Assembly: GCA_964016885.1 (NCBI GenBank)
Contig: OZ024746.1
Span: 83,018,001-83,082,000 of the forward strand
DNA: 64,000 nucleotides
Origin: Eledone cirrhosa
Taxonomy: Eukaryota
Direction of reading: 5' to 3'
This document shows positions 28,645 to 44,597 of this stretch, in pieces (positions within the stretch are counted from its first letter, which is position 1; each line of letters begins with the position of its first letter). Under the pieces are notes generated by a model. The model was not told the origin of the DNA. It was given only the letters and a program-made list of their open reading frames with translations, and did not search any database. The position numbers and the translations under genes were made by a program.

Positions 28645-29078
28645 GAGTGGAATAATCCACTCTTCTTTTGGTAAGTTGCGATAATAAAGTTGTGTTAATA
28701 AAGTTGACAGTGTACAAGTCCAAGATATACTCCAAAAAGTTGAGGTACTGATAGATGAAGACAGTATAAATTATAAAACGTCAATAATTAACATAAAATG
28801 AGAAATCAAGGTTGTTCATCAAATTTCGTTTTTAATCTCTTCAAATGATTCAATGAGGATAAGCTCAGTTCCGGCACATGGAATTGATGAATTAAGCGAT
28901 CAAAGTTCAATAATCAATAATTAATAATTTAGGTGCCATTGAAATATAGATCGCCATATCCCCAGGAAAAAAATAGATAGAAATATATATTTACTTAACA
29001 CATCCGTGAGAATAGAAAAAATACAATAAAATAAAATAAAGGCAATCTATAAAAATTACAAACAGGTACAATCTAGAC

Positions 29079-29580
29079 CAGAGATTCTGAAACCTTTTGT
29101 GCCATCGCCCCACTCACGACCACGTGATACCCTCAGCGCCCTGAACCCTATTTCCAGAGAGACCTGCCTACACAAAAATTGTAAATAATATATAATAAAT
29201 AAAATCGTTAATTTATATATAATAAATAATATATCTATGTATAAAATATATATTTCGATGGATTGGCAGAGGGTCGGACGCCATGCTTTGCAGCATAGAG
29301 TTATGGCCTTTTATGATCTGAGTTCAAATCCCGCCGAGGTTAACTTTGCCTTTCATCCTTACGGGGTCGATAAAATAAAGTACCAATAATACACTGGGGT
29401 AATTGCTGGCCTTGTGCAAAAGTAGAAACAATTATTTTACACTATTTATATATAATATGTATAATTTGATATTTAATATACTATTAATATCTACCACTAT
29501 GATATCTACCCCCCCCCCCTGTACCTTCTCAACCCCCCCCCCTGGGGGGGGATCAGTAGCACCCACTTTGAGAACTTCTG
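29079..29580. mobile_element. Non-autonomous hAT (Charlie-like) DNA transposon with a SINE inserted at ~29260-29435
   Basis: Termini CAGAGATTCTGAAA and TTTGAGAACTTCTG. The 8-bp flanks ATCTAGAC/ATCTATAT resemble the NTCTAGAN target. Confidence 0.6.
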
Positions 29581-29744
29581 ATCTATATGAATTAGCAACA
29601 GGTACAAACAGAAACTCCTCAGTCATCAATGGAGACATACAATTTCGACTTTACTGCTAGTCCATAGATATATATATATATATATATATGCACTCACGCA
29701 CACGCACACACACACACACACATATACACACACATACACACACA

Positions 29745-29869
<125 letters not shown>

Positions 29870-30154
29870 GTATATATATAGAGAGAGGGAGGTTGGAAGA
29901 GTGTGTTGTATATTAAATATAGAGAGGGGAGAATTTAGTGCTAATTGATTTAGAGAGGGGGATTCGAAGAGAACACTGTATAGAGAAGGGGAGAGTGCGT
30001 TGTTAATTGATATAGAGATGGAGATTGGAAGAGGGTGCCGTATAGTAGATAGAGAGAGGGGAGAGTTTGGAGATGATTAATATAAAGAGGGAGATTGGTA
30101 GAGTGTATATGAAGTGAAGAAATTGGGTCAATATATATATATATATATATATAT

Positions 30155-30520
30155 AAAACCATGGCGTGCTGCGTGGTTGCAAATGGGTTACATATGAATA
30201 AATTTAGTCCTTCATCAGTCCTTCATCAGTGATTCATTGGTATTTCATCGCTTTAAAGACCATATACCTCTGGTTGGTACGAGCAACGGCTAAAGAAAGT
30301 CGTTTGGACACGTAAATAGGGGGAACGAGCGAGACAGTAAACAAACAAAGATGGTAATGCAACGAAAAGTGAGGAAGAAGGAGTCAAGTTCCTGAAATCG
30401 ATGAACATAAGTTCTGTGAAATCGTGGACGAGAGATAATAAAGACCATCCGACCTGGTCGAAGTGAGAGTGAGGAAAGAATCTCGCACAGGTCAAACGAG
30501 AGGAAAAAGGAGAGGGAGTA
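30155..30520 (-). mobile_element. TA-associated interspersed repeat family G (copies at 49255-49356 and 51668-52035)
   Basis: Diverged reverse complement of 51668-52035, containing ATCACTGA(T/C)GAAGGAC. Confidence 0.7.
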
Positions 30521-30661
30521 GCAGAGAGTGAGTGAGTGAAAGTGTGAGGAGGAGGCTAACAGAGAGAGAGAGTGACTGGTAGAGGAAGTGAGAGATACTG
30601 AGAAAAGGGGAAGCAGTAAGAAAGAAACAGACGGGTCACAGCGGAGGAAAATATATATGAA

Positions 30662-30695
<34 letters not shown>

Positions 30696-31059
30696 TATAC
30701 AGTGGCGGTGGGACTGGTGGTGGTGGTGGTGGTGGCGGTGGGACTGGTGGTGGGCATACCTCACCACCCACAATAATTATGTTTTTCTCCCCAAACTACC
30801 AAAACACATCTATTTTGATATGCGCTACAATTTATGTACATATTGAAGTCTTCTGACCATTTTAGAGTGCCCATAGCTGATCTAATCACTACAACTAAAT
30901 TACCCCCCCCCCCCCCCCCACACACATTCAGAAATGCTTCCACCACCCCTGTACCAGAAGTATCCTCGGTTAGATCGAAACTCTGTCTGTATATCCATTT
31001 CGTCGGCCAATGACCCAGGAGTTTTTGTACCTTTGCCAATTTTGTAATATTGTCTGCTT

Positions 31060-31123
<64 letters not shown>

Positions 31124-31448
31124 ATACATATAGATAGATAGATAAATAGATAGATACACATACACACATACACATATATATGTATATACATAATATATAC
31201 ATATATATATATATATACACATATATATATATATATACACACAAATACACATACACCCGCACATATATATATATACACACACACACACGCACACACATGC
31301 ACACACACACACATATATACATATATACGTATGTATAAATGTATATATATATATACAGTATATATATGTATATATATGTGTATATATATATAAATATATA
31401 CGTATGTATATATGTATATATACATATATACGTATGTATATATGTGTA

Positions 31449-31498
<50 letters not shown>

Positions 31499-31517
31499 CA
31501 TATATATGTATATATAT

Positions 31518-31654
<137 letters not shown>

Positions 31655-31664
31655 CATATATATC

Positions 31665-31697
<33 letters not shown>

Positions 31698-32023
31698 AAA
31701 ATATATATTTCTCTTGTCTCTTGTGTCATATATATTCCTAGTCCAACCATTGTAAAAGTTGAATAGTATGATTTAAAGCTTCATTAGGTTCTTTCCTTTG
31801 AGGATAAGCTGTGAGATAATTTCATTTATCAAGGTTCATTTGAACTCTTAGTTTTAACTCTGCTTGTGTAGTGTGTTAAGCATTTGTGTTTATTTGTCTA
31901 TAAATAAATTTGTATATATGCAGAGATGGAAGTGTTATGTAAATATCTTTCATATCTATATACATCATCGGGCAAAGTTATACGTTTATTTGTATGCATA
32001 GTTATGTTCTATATTCTTATATT

Positions 32024-32083
<60 letters not shown>

Positions 32084-32218
32084 TATATATATATATATAC
32101 AGAGCGAGAGAGAGAGAGAGCGATAAAGAGACACACATACACACATGTACTTACATGTATATACTTACATAGAAAATATATATTTATATGCACACACACA
32201 CACGTACACACACTCACT

Positions 32219-32279
<61 letters not shown>

Positions 32280-32338
32280 GTCTGAGTGTGTATATCCTTA
32301 TGTGAGTGTGTATGTCTGTCTCACAGCATGTATATATA

Positions 32339-32371
<33 letters not shown>

Positions 32372-32729
32372 GTGCATATGTGCGCACCTGTGTGTATGCG
32401 TGAGTATGCGTGTGTATGCGTGTGTATGCGTGTGTATGCGTGTGTATGCATTAACATCATCTTTTGTAGGAATATTAAGTAGTGTTGAGAGTAGACAAGT
32501 AGTGATACGTATGGTAAAACTATTTCTCTCACTTTCTCTCTCTCTCTCTTTCTCCACCCCCCCCTCTCACTCACACATCTTTCCATTCTCTCTCTTCCTC
32601 TATATTTCTGCCTTTCTTATTCTCACACTCATTTTCCCTCCTCCATTAGACTTTACTTTCTCTGAATATCTCCTATTCACTTACCCTCTTACTTTCTCTC
32701 TGCCTCTCTCTCTCACTTTCTGTCTCTGT

Positions 32730-32782
<53 letters not shown>

Positions 32783-32844
32783 ATATATATATGTACATGT
32801 ATGTATATATATATATACAAACAGACATACACATATATATATGT

Positions 32845-32875
<31 letters not shown>

Positions 32876-32880
32876 CATAT

Positions 32881-32911
<31 letters not shown>

Positions 32912-32940
32912 CACATTTATACATATATACACATGTATAT

Positions 32941-32985
<45 letters not shown>

Positions 32986-33517
32986 CTCATAGATATATTT
33001 ATACACATATATATATATACATTCATATACATACATACATACATACATATTACTATATATATCGTTCTCTCTCTCTACCCCCCTCTCTCTCTCTCTCTAC
33101 CACCCTCTACTTCCTCACCGTCTCTCTTACTGCTCTCTACTGGTTTAAATTTCACGCCGTATATATTCAACGTAGCTAATATTTTGATTGATAACCGCTT
33201 AAGAAAACGAACAAACAGCGACCTGTTCAATCAATAAAATTTCTTCTGGATTATAAATATGGTCATTGAGACAGTATCATTAATTATACTGATAGCTCAG
33301 ATGATTGCAATCATGTACAGCTGGTACTTAGAAATGCTGTACAAGCATCTATTCTAATTAAATGTTTAGTAACTTTTGCTTCGCTCATGATGAACGAAAT
33401 ATTATACACGAACTTATATGTACATAAGTCTGCAGCCACATAAGTTCATATATATATATATATGTGTTTATGAATATGTGCATGCATGCCTGTGTGTGTG
33501 AGTGGATGTGTATCTAT

Positions 33518-34249
<732 letters not shown>

Positions 34250-34431
34250 AGTGGTGAGTATGAGACATCTCAAGATGGATCTAATTAGGTTCGATATCAG
34301 ATCAACTCAAGTCCCATCTTTCTGACCATAGAAGAGATATAAGTACAGCGTTCAATATAATTGACTTCCCGCCTCCTAAATTACTGGCCTTGTGTCTAAG
34401 TTAGAAACTATTGTTATTATTTACGTGTCAT

Positions 34432-34996
34432 AGGGCGGTGGATTGGTAGTAACGGTAGGGCGCCGGACAACATACTGTGTAGCTTAGGTCACGGCCCTTT
34501 ACGTTCTGAATTCAAATCCTGCCGAGGTTAGTTTTGCTTTTCATCCTTAATGGTCGGTAAAATAAAGTACCAGTAACACACTGGGGTCGATTTAATCGAC
34601 TTTCCCCTCCCCCAAAATTGTTCGCGTTTGCCTAAATCAGAAACTATTATTTATGTGTTCTCCACCTCCTCCGCCTTCTCCTCCTCAACATGATCATCAT
34701 CATCATCATCATCATTAACAACAACAAAAACAGACAATAAAAATAATAATCAGCCATCAAAAATCAATCAATCAAAATTTAATCAATTTCATAATAATAA
34801 TAATAAATTTCATAATAATTGTTTCTACTTTAGGCACAAGGCCAGCAAATACCCAGTGCATTACTGGTACTTTATTTTATCGACCCCGTAAAGATGAAAG
34901 GCAAAGTTAACCTCGGCGGGATTTGAACTCAGATCATAAAAGGCCATAACTCTATGCTGGAAAGCATGGCGTCCGACCCTCTACCGATACTGCCAA
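34432..34996. mobile_element. Two tRNA-SINE copies (34432-34650 +, 34815-34996 -)
   Basis: SINE consensus motifs. Confidence 0.85.
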
Positions 34997-36399
34997 CCAC
35001 CATAATAATAAATTTCATAATAATAATAATCAATTTCATAATAATAATACTTTCATTATTTTCAATGAAAACATTTTTCCGGCTCTCCCAGTCGCAAGGA
35101 AAAGAGATAGTGGCAACACCAGCCACAATCATTAAATAACCACCACAACAACGGTGAATGAGAATAGGGAAAGAAAAATATGAACAATAGAGCCACAATA
35201 ATCCATGTTTCCACCACTGGAACGACGACTAGATAGCCCATTTCCCCCACTTTTCTATTGGTCAACAACACCGCCTTCTCTCGATTTCTTCCAAGGCCGA
35301 GTTGAATTTCATGGGATTTGAAACCAGATACTGGAATAAGAATTGCAAAGAATTTAATACGCGGTCGGTCAACCGGCTCGGAATAACAGCGAAATATCCC
35401 TCAAATGATATCCTATGGTCTTGAAAACAAAAGACATATTAGATATCATATGTCTAGAAATAAAATGGGATAGCCATGGCTAGAACTCCTTTGATTCTAT
35501 ATGCTCCATTATGACTAACCTGAGACTAAAGAAAACGATAACAACCAACATGACATTAGATTTATCGTTAACACTTATGGCTTCATATGTGTGTGTTGAA
35601 TATCCATAAGTCCAAGTGATAAGTGTTCCAGTTCGAACAACGTAAGAGCATACTCGTGAAATTAACGTGCAAGTCACCGAATATTCGATAGACACGTATA
35701 TCCTTAACGTAGTTCTCAGGGAGATTCAGCGAAACACATTGAGTAACAAGAATGGCCCATTGAATCATAGATATAACTCATTTTTGCAAGCCGACTGGAC
35801 TGGAACAACGTAAAAAAATAACTTGCCCAAGCAAACAATACCCCACTGTGAATCGAACTCAAGAACCTGTGAACTGAACACCCTAACCACTTAGTGATGC
35901 ACCTTCAACTTATGACTTTATACTACACCGATGCCATCAACAACTAAACTACATAGAAAGTTTCATATTAAATACATCGTTAACATTTATGCTGCTTGCT
36001 ACATGGCAGTGACTACCATGCAGTTAAACGCGTTTTGGTTTGGTAAAGAAATTGTGTCCCACGATACTATGGTACGAAGATATGTTGAGACATTTAAGCA
36101 TCTCTCTTTAACTTAAACTAAACAACCAATTCATCTACATTTTGTGGTTTTATTAATTGGCAGAAGTGTTAGAGCTTCAAAGAAAACGCTTTCCGGTATA
36201 TATTCCGGCTGATTGCGTTCTGTGTTCAAATCCAACTGGATTCAATTATATAAACATCAGATATATATTATATAAACATCAGATCCATAACTCCTATGGG
36301 TGACCTTGAGCCAATCCTCTGCGAAATGCGCGTAGCATGTCGATACTAAAAAAAAAAAAAACAAAAAAAAAACACGTAAACGAAACTTCATTGCTTTTC

Positions 36400-36443
<44 letters not shown>

Positions 36444-36554
36444 AAGGGTGTGGTAAAATACCAGGTGGACCATAACCCACCAGAGTACTCGATACTTGGG
36501 GTAGTAGAGTAGGTAATATGAAAAGATTCAGGACCCCGAATATATATATATATA

Positions 36555-36632
36555 CAGGATGTCCCCCAAAATGTATACACACTTCAACGGCATTCTAATA
36601 AATATATGTATACATTTTTTGGGGACACCCTG
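36555..36632. mobile_element. Tc1/mariner-type MITE (78 bp)
   Basis: ~25-bp TIRs CAGG(A/G)TGTCCCC..AAAATGTATACA with TA on both sides. Confidence 0.65.
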
Positions 36633-36638
36633 TATATG

Positions 36639-36672
<34 letters not shown>

Positions 36673-36749
36673 TAAATGTGTGTGTGTTTGTGTGTGTGCA
36701 TGTGTGTGTATAAGAGTGTGTGTATATATGCGAGTGTGCACTATTATTA

Positions 36750-38447
36750 TATGTCTACATATATGCATATGTCTACATATGTCTGCATATGTCTACATAT
36801 GTACATATGTCTACATATATGCATATGTCTACATATGTGCATATGTCTACATATATGCATATGTCTACATATATGCATATGTCTACATATGTGCATATGT
36901 CTACATATGTCTACATATGTCTACATATGTCTACATATGTCTGCATATGTCTACATATGTACATATGTCTACATATATGCATATGTCTACATATGTGCAT
37001 ATGTCTACATATATGCATATGTCTACATATATGCATATGTCTACATATGTGCATATGTCTACATATGTCTACATATGTCTACATATGTCTACATATGTCT
37101 GCATATGTCTACATATGTACATATGTCTACATATATGCATATGTCTACATATATGCATATGTCTACATATGTCTACATATGTCTACATATGTCTACATAT
37201 GTCTGCATATGTCTACATATGTACATATGTCTACATATATGCATATGTCTACATATATGCATATGTCTACATATGTCTACATATGTCTACATATGTCTAC
37301 ATATGTCTACATATGTCTGCATATGTCTACATATGTACATATGTCTACATATATGCATATGTCTACATATATGCATATGTCTACATATGTACATATGTCT
37401 ACATATGTCTACATATATACATATGTCTACATATATACATATGTCTACATATATACATATGTCTACATATATGCATATATCTACATATATGCATATATCT
37501 ACATATATGCATATGTCTACATATATGCGTATGTCTACATATATACATATGTCTACATATGTCTACATATGTCTACATATATCTACATATGTCTGCATAT
37601 ATCTACATATATGCATATGTCTACATATATGCATATGTCTACATATGTCTGCATATGTCTACATATGTCTGCATATGTCTACATATATACATATGTCTAC
37701 ATATATGCATATGTCTACATATATACATATGTCTACATATATGCATATGTCTACATATATCTGCATATGTCTACATATATACATATGTCTACATATGTTT
37801 GCATATGTCTACATATGTCTGCATATATGCATATGTCTACATATGTCTGCATATGTCTACATATATACATATGTCTACATATATATATATGTCTACATAT
37901 ATGCATATGTCTACATATGTCTGCATATGTCTACATATGTTTGCATATGTCTACATATGTCTGCATATGTCTGCATATGTCTACATATATGCATATGTCT
38001 ACATATATACATTTGTCTACATATATACATATGTCTACATATATGCATATGTCTACATATGTCTGCATATGTCTACATATGTCTGCATATGTCCGCATAT
38101 GTCTACATATATGCATATGTCTAGATGTATGCATATATCTACATATGTCTGCACATGTCTACATATATGCATATGTCTACATATGTCTACATATGTCTGC
38201 ATATGTCTACATGTCTGCATATGTCTACATATATACATATGTCTACATATATACATATGTCTACATATATGCATATATCTACATATGTCTGCATATGTCT
38301 ACATATATACATATGTCTACATGTATGCATATGTCTACATATGTCTGCATATGTCTACATGTATGCATATGTCTACATATATACATATCTCTACATGTAT
38401 ACATATGTCTACATGTATACATATGTCTACATGTATACATATATGTA
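36750..38447. repeat. 1.7-kb minisatellite of interleaved 10-mers (CATATGTCTA/G) and 8-mers (CATATATG/A)
   Basis: Direct observation. Confidence 0.95.
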
Positions 38448-38922
38448 GACACAGAAATATATTGTTACATAACCCAACAAATGCTGTAATCATGTCAATA
38501 TGGAGAGAGAGATTTGACATTGAAATGTGTACCGCTGCATATTTGTCAATATACTATGACTAGTCTGTGTAGTATATATATATATTGTGTGATGTACTGT
38601 AGGAATGTACACAGTAAGACACCACTTCAATCAATACATGTGTATAGTGTATGCCGTGTGAACGTTTGGTCACCTTTATATTTGTATACACCAGAAATCA
38701 GACGTAGAAACATGTGTGTAGTTATGTGAGCGTATATATGTATATATGTATGTATGTACGTACCTATGTATGTATGTATGCATGTATGTATGCATGTATG
38801 TACCCTTGTATGTATACATACATGTATATATGTATCCATTTATGTATGTATGTATTCTTTATGTATGTATCTGTTGTATGTGTTTGTCTGTGCCAACATG
38901 TATGTGTGTGTCTGTGTGTGTC

Positions 38923-38953
<31 letters not shown>

Positions 38954-40488
38954 TTGTATGTATGTATGTATGTATGTATGTATGTATGTATGTATGTATG
39001 TATGTATGTATGTATGTATATGTTTGTGTATGTCTATATGTATGTATGTATGTATGAATGTATGTATGTATGTATATGTTTGTGTATGTCTATATGTATG
39101 TATGTATATATATTTGTGTGTGTCTATATGTATGTATGTAATTGTCTGTGCATAACTGTACACCTAATGTATATAATATGAGAGCGTATAGTATAATAAT
39201 CTATACAGTGAGAGGTCACTTCTTCTCCATAACTAAATTAAGTGAGTCGTGTCAATAAGCAAACCAACAATCAAAGTTCCGAATGAATTTCAAATTGAGT
39301 CTAAACTAGCATGCCATTTAGTCCGGCCTCAGAAATGATGGATGTGGCATTATTGAATAGAATGAGGCACTCAGCTGTGAGTTATTGTCGTTAAATCAAT
39401 GAACAGAAATACCGTTTTCGACACTATACTCGGTTGGTCGGTCTTGATCTCTTCGGAAACTCCTTCTGATTGCCTACTAGTTCTTCTTAGGCGAAATAAT
39501 TTAGGAATTATTTATTACCGATTCTCTGTGTCAGAACTAAGGTCGTTTTCATTAAGGGCTGATCAATTTAAGTAGAAGATACCAGGAAATCATTCGTTAT
39601 ACTGAAGCGCTATTGTCCGTTGATAACTATCGCAAAATGATAGCATTCTGTTCACAGATAAGCAAAGCATAGGAAAGATCGAAGATAGAGAGTGGGTGTT
39701 AAATATTTGAAGGAAAAAATATTATTATCGATCATTTAGTAATGGTTGGATACACGGAGGCCGATTAATCGATCACTGTTTCTGTATGATCACTTACGGC
39801 TTTCACATACTCACTGTGCATGTCTTCAGTATTTCTCTAGTTTTGTTGAAGAAACAAATAAAGGAACGATTAATTTACACCAAGCAGCATACACTTCTTA
39901 ACAATTGGTTCATTTCAGTGAGTACCTAAGAAACAAACATAAAATAATAATTTGCACATCATATGAGTTCCTCTGCTTTGCCGCCTAGCCGCCTATCGTC
40001 TGACCAAAATGGAAGCAACAACTGCAACGTAAGTGCAAACAAATACACAGATCTAACCCAGAACGATTCTCCGTGACGCAACAGTGAAAATCATTATACC
40101 AGTCTGATCCGGGTACGATTCCTTGCGATGCTTCTGCTACTGCAGCCATTAGTATGGGACAAGTTCTCGTTTTCACACCGTCGTTTTGAAATGTGTATAT
40201 TGTAATCTACCGACTCTTTGGAGACTAACACTCCGGATCAATGAGAAACCTGAACATCGTCACTTAACCTACTAGAAATAAAGATAAAATTTGCTTCAAA
40301 TTACACCATATCGAAGTATACAAAACGCAGTGTATCCCTAGATACATTATATTGGATTACTTACACCATAAGTCAACTCATTCAGAACTCACCTCATCTC
40401 AACACAGAAGTGAAATCCAGCTAAACATATCTATTAGAATCACACATATATATTACTCCAAATTACCCAGAGCGCAAGACAAGCAGGT

Positions 40489-40750
40489 TTGCCAGGCATA
40501 TTAGCTGGCATGCAGAAACTACTTTATCTAATTCTAAAAATACAAAAGTTCGTTTGGTACAGGCATATGTCCCACGATGACTCCCTGTCCAAACCAAAAT
40601 CAGTTGGAAAATCAATGGGAAGAGGGCGAAGAAGAGTCAGACAAAGAAAATATTGGTCCGACAACACCAAGTACTCAATAGGTCTCTCAACAATGTGACC
40701 CTTCTAGGTATGACGGAGGACAGAGATCGCTGCCAGAAAGTCTAAAGCGG
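40489..40750 (+). pseudogene. RTE-clade LINE ORF2 C-terminal remnant
   Basis: KFVWYRHM..SLSK..GRGRRRVRQRKYWSDNTK resembles the RTE terminus pattern WYGH..G.RRRGRQRK.W.DNIK. Confidence 0.6.
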
Positions 40751-40834
40751 CACCCTAATGATTGGCTTCACCGGTTACAAGAAGATAATGATGACACACA
40801 CAAACACACACACACATATATATATATATAAACT

Positions 40835-40911
<77 letters not shown>

Positions 40912-41019
40912 AGAAGAGAGAATGATATATAGACAGAAGGGTTGGCGTGGAAAGTTTTAAATTGTTTTCATAGGCGTGGCTTTGTGTGTATGTGTGCATG
41001 ATGTAACAGTGTGTTGGCT

Positions 41020-41094
<75 letters not shown>

Positions 41095-41308
41095 ACATAA
41101 AGAGAGAAAGCCTTAAGCGATACTCCGACCAACTCCATCTCACTCAACAAACATTAGGATATACTTAAGTATTATCCCAATTTAGTGTTTGGGTGCTAAC
41201 TAATCAGTATTTCGTGGATAGCTGGTTGTATTATTTTATATGAGACATTATTAAATAAATATCTCTTTCCTTCCAGACGGCCGTTTCGTTATAAGATTTC
41301 TACAATTT

Positions 41309-41353
<45 letters not shown>

Positions 41354-41608
41354 GGAAAAAATGAAACGAAATTTCACTTCCCACTCTTAATACGGCTGTT
41401 ACTTAAATATAAGTATGTACACGTACATACATATATGTATACAGACGTACAGTAGTATGTATATATATATACATACATGCACACATATATATATGTACGT
41501 ATGGATTCACCGAACATTTATTATAATGTTCGGTTTAAACAAACATCCCGTATTAAGCCGTAGTGTCTAGCAACCATCGTTGCTCGTTTGTTCAACACTG
41601 ACAAAGGA

Positions 41609-41651
41609 ACGCTGTACTAGTTTCAAGCTTATTAGCTATCGTCAGCAACGT
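41609..41651 (-). ncRNA. Minimal type I hammerhead ribozyme motif
   Basis: Minus strand reads ACGUUG-CUGACGA-U AGCU[AAUA]AGCU U-GAAA[CUAG]UA-CAGCGU. Confidence 0.75.
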
Positions 41652-41705
41652 ATACCTTCCTGCCAGATTGTTGAACGTATATACTTACCTTATATATATA
41701 TATAT

Positions 41706-41934
41706 AGTAGTAATAATAAATGTGAAGACAAAATCCGAAGAGGGCTCGATAAGGATAAATATATATCAAATATATAAGAACACAGAGCAAATATTTATTA
41801 AAATAACAGATTAAAGTTTAAACAAAGAATCGCTTTCATCCATAACGGGATCTTATGAAACTCTGAGTTTCAGAAGATCCCGTTAAGGGTGAAAGCAGCG
41901 ATTCTTTGCTTAAAATTTAATCTGTTATTTTAAT
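41706..41934. mobile_element. PLE-like family D fold-back; A4-variant HHR at 41866-41916 (+)
   Basis: Inversion centred on GAAACT-CTG-AGTTTC. TA-flanked. Confidence 0.75.
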
Positions 41935-42309
41935 ATATATATATATAAAACACCAGAGTACTCGATACTATGGGTAGTAGAGTGGGTAATAGGAAAACAG
42001 TCAGGACCCCGACGGCTGTCCTGACTCTTTTCCTATATATATAAAAATAGAGAAATTAGTGTAAGCAAAAAGCCTACAATAATTAGACATATAAGTGACT
42101 ATAACATCAAGATGAAACATTTTTAACGAAAGATATGGGATAAGTAATAAAATCTTAATTCAATAAAGTCGATCTTCAGTAGTGTTCAACACGTTAACTA
42201 AATTTCACTGCTATAATGTCGGGGTTGAATTGAAAGCAGGCAAGCGAAACTCGTGTAGAATTGAAATAACAAAAACACACGTGGACACTCGCTAGTGATG
42301 CCGGGATGA

Positions 42310-42377
<68 letters not shown>

Positions 42378-42397
42378 CATATATATATATAAATATA

Positions 42398-42776
42398 TTA
42401 GGGTGCTCCTTATTTTTCAACTTTTTAAAAGGTTAGCTCTCACCCCACTATCTTGCTCCAATTAACAAAAAAAAACAATCTATGCAAAACTTTAGCTCCG
42501 GCAGAGAACTCCAAGCCGACCCTCATCGACCGTAAAATTTTGAAGTTTTCGCCCGGAAAGACATTTTTTTATCTCTTATATAATTTTCTCTTAATTTAAA
42601 AACTTGTTCAGACTTATTCTTGGTATTAGAAGGATAAGTGACAATGAATATAATGGGGAAGGTAACTTGCAAAGCTGGGGACAGTACGTAGGTAAAGGAC
42701 AAACACCTATTTTTCGCTGTGAAAGCAGTAAAATTTTAACTCTCGGAAAATTACCTACTGCTAAAGGCCACCCTAA
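42398..42776. mobile_element. Possible non-autonomous DNA transposon, superfamily uncertain
   Basis: TATA-TTAGGGTG ... CACCCTAA-TATA termini. Confidence 0.4.
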
Positions 42777-42831
42777 TATACATATATCCCTGTGTGGTTG
42801 ACAGCTGAGAGAAATGAGTACTCGGTATTGA

Positions 42832-42871
<40 letters not shown>

Positions 42872-42878
<7 letters not shown>

Positions 42879-43293
42879 AGTAACAGGAGGCTGGACAGGT
42901 GTAAATCCTTGAAAGGTTTATTACAGTCTTATCATTTCAATGACCGGGTTCAGTATGAACCGGTGACATCATCAGGTATTCAAAATATAACAAAGGAATA
43001 TAACAGATAAAATCCATGGTGCTGAAAATCAGAGACAAGAGGACGACCGACTATTTAGCAGCTTCTACCTCATACTGAACCCGGTCATTGAAATGATCAT
43101 AGTATAATAAACCTTTCAAGGATTTACACCTGTCCAGCCTCCTGTTATTTTATAATAATTAACTCTGTACTCGTACCACCAACTACACAAACGAAGACGG
43201 GTGAGTTGCATTACGTTGAGTGCTCTCCATAATATTACATCGAGATTGACTATACGGAATGACCAGTTCTATCCATTGGTTCACCAACTAACC

Positions 43294-43297
<4 letters not shown>
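42872..43297. mobile_element. PLE-like family F with inverted 5' copy
   Basis: Inverted copy 42872-43069 (CTGATGA core at 42969-42975 minus, decayed stem III) joined to a forward copy that starts in the stem II loop at ~43070. Confidence 0.78.
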
Positions 43298-43342
<45 letters not shown>

Positions 43343-43356
43343 ATACATATATATAT

Positions 43357-43591
43357 GGTGGCTGCCAACTCGTTTTCAAGTACGGCCACTACTTTATATC
43401 CATGTAGGAGAACCCCTACCGATGCGCTGAACGAGTGTGACTTTTTAGCCCAGCCAGCGACTTGAAAACTCTGGTACAAACACTACACTTGTGACAATTA
43501 TTGACACATAGTGCTGGGCCCATGGTACCATGTGACGACAAGTGCAGAGAGATCTCCAGATATAAAGCAATGCCTGTGCCGCGAAGCTTTA
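43357..43591 (-). mobile_element. 5'-truncated copy of the RTE-like non-autonomous element
   Basis: Homologous to 54411-54645 and encodes CSVCTRVFKSLAGLKSHTRSAHR*. Confidence 0.85.
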
Positions 43592-43669
43592 ACGTACATA
43601 CATACATACATACATACATACATACATACATACATACATACATACATACATACATACATACATACACAC

Positions 43670-43714
<45 letters not shown>

Positions 43715-43844
43715 ATATGTATATATACTCTCCTTACTATCCTTGCTTTCATATTTCTCCTTGTTCTCCTTTTCTCATTGTATTTGTATATAAACACGTA
43801 CATAGATAAAAGGAGAAAATGAGAGCAAGTGGTGTAAAGGGAAA

Positions 43845-44270
43845 TGGAGAGCAAGGATAAAAGGAGAGCAAGAAAAGCAATGAGAAAAGGAGAGTAAGGG
43901 GAGCAAGAAGAAAAAGAGAAAAAAGAGCAAGGAGAGCAAGGAGAAAGGAGAGCAAGGAGAGCAAGGAGAAAAGGAGAGCAGGGAAAGCAAGGAGATAAAA
44001 GAGCAAGGAGAGCGAGGAGAGCAAGGAGAAAGGGAGAGCAAGGAGAAAGGGAGAGCAAGGAGAAAGGGAGAGCAAGGAGAGCAAGGAGAAAGGGAGAGCA
44101 AGGACAGTAATGATAAAAGGAGAACAAGGAGAACAAGGATAATAGGAGAGCAAAGATAAAAAGAGAGCAAGGAGAGCAAGGAGAGCAAAGATAAAAGGAG
44201 AGCAAGAAAAGCAATGAGAAAAAAAGAACAAGGAGAGCAAGGAGAAAAGGAGAGCAAGGAGAACAAGGAT
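43845..44270. repeat. Purine-rich minisatellite (GGAGAGCAA variants)
   Basis: Direct observation. Confidence 0.9.
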
Positions 44271-44308
44271 AAGCCCGACGCTCTAACCATTAAGCCATAT
44301 ATAAATAA

Positions 44309-44418
<110 letters not shown>

Positions 44419-44597
44419 GTGTGTGTGTGCGTGTGTGTTTGTTAATTTGTGTGTGTGTGTGTGCATTCCAGGTTTAATCGGGGGGTAACCACAGTAAGTA
44501 AGGTACTCAATACATAGCAGAGTATATGATGATTTCCTTCGAATGAAACAGTTCCAGTCCCGTAGAAGCCATTTCTACATTAATATATATATATATA

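Noticed and set aside
36676-38563. Three overlapping 480-630 aa ORFs
   Set aside because: All three frames are open because the minisatellite has almost no + strand stop triplets. There is no coding signal.
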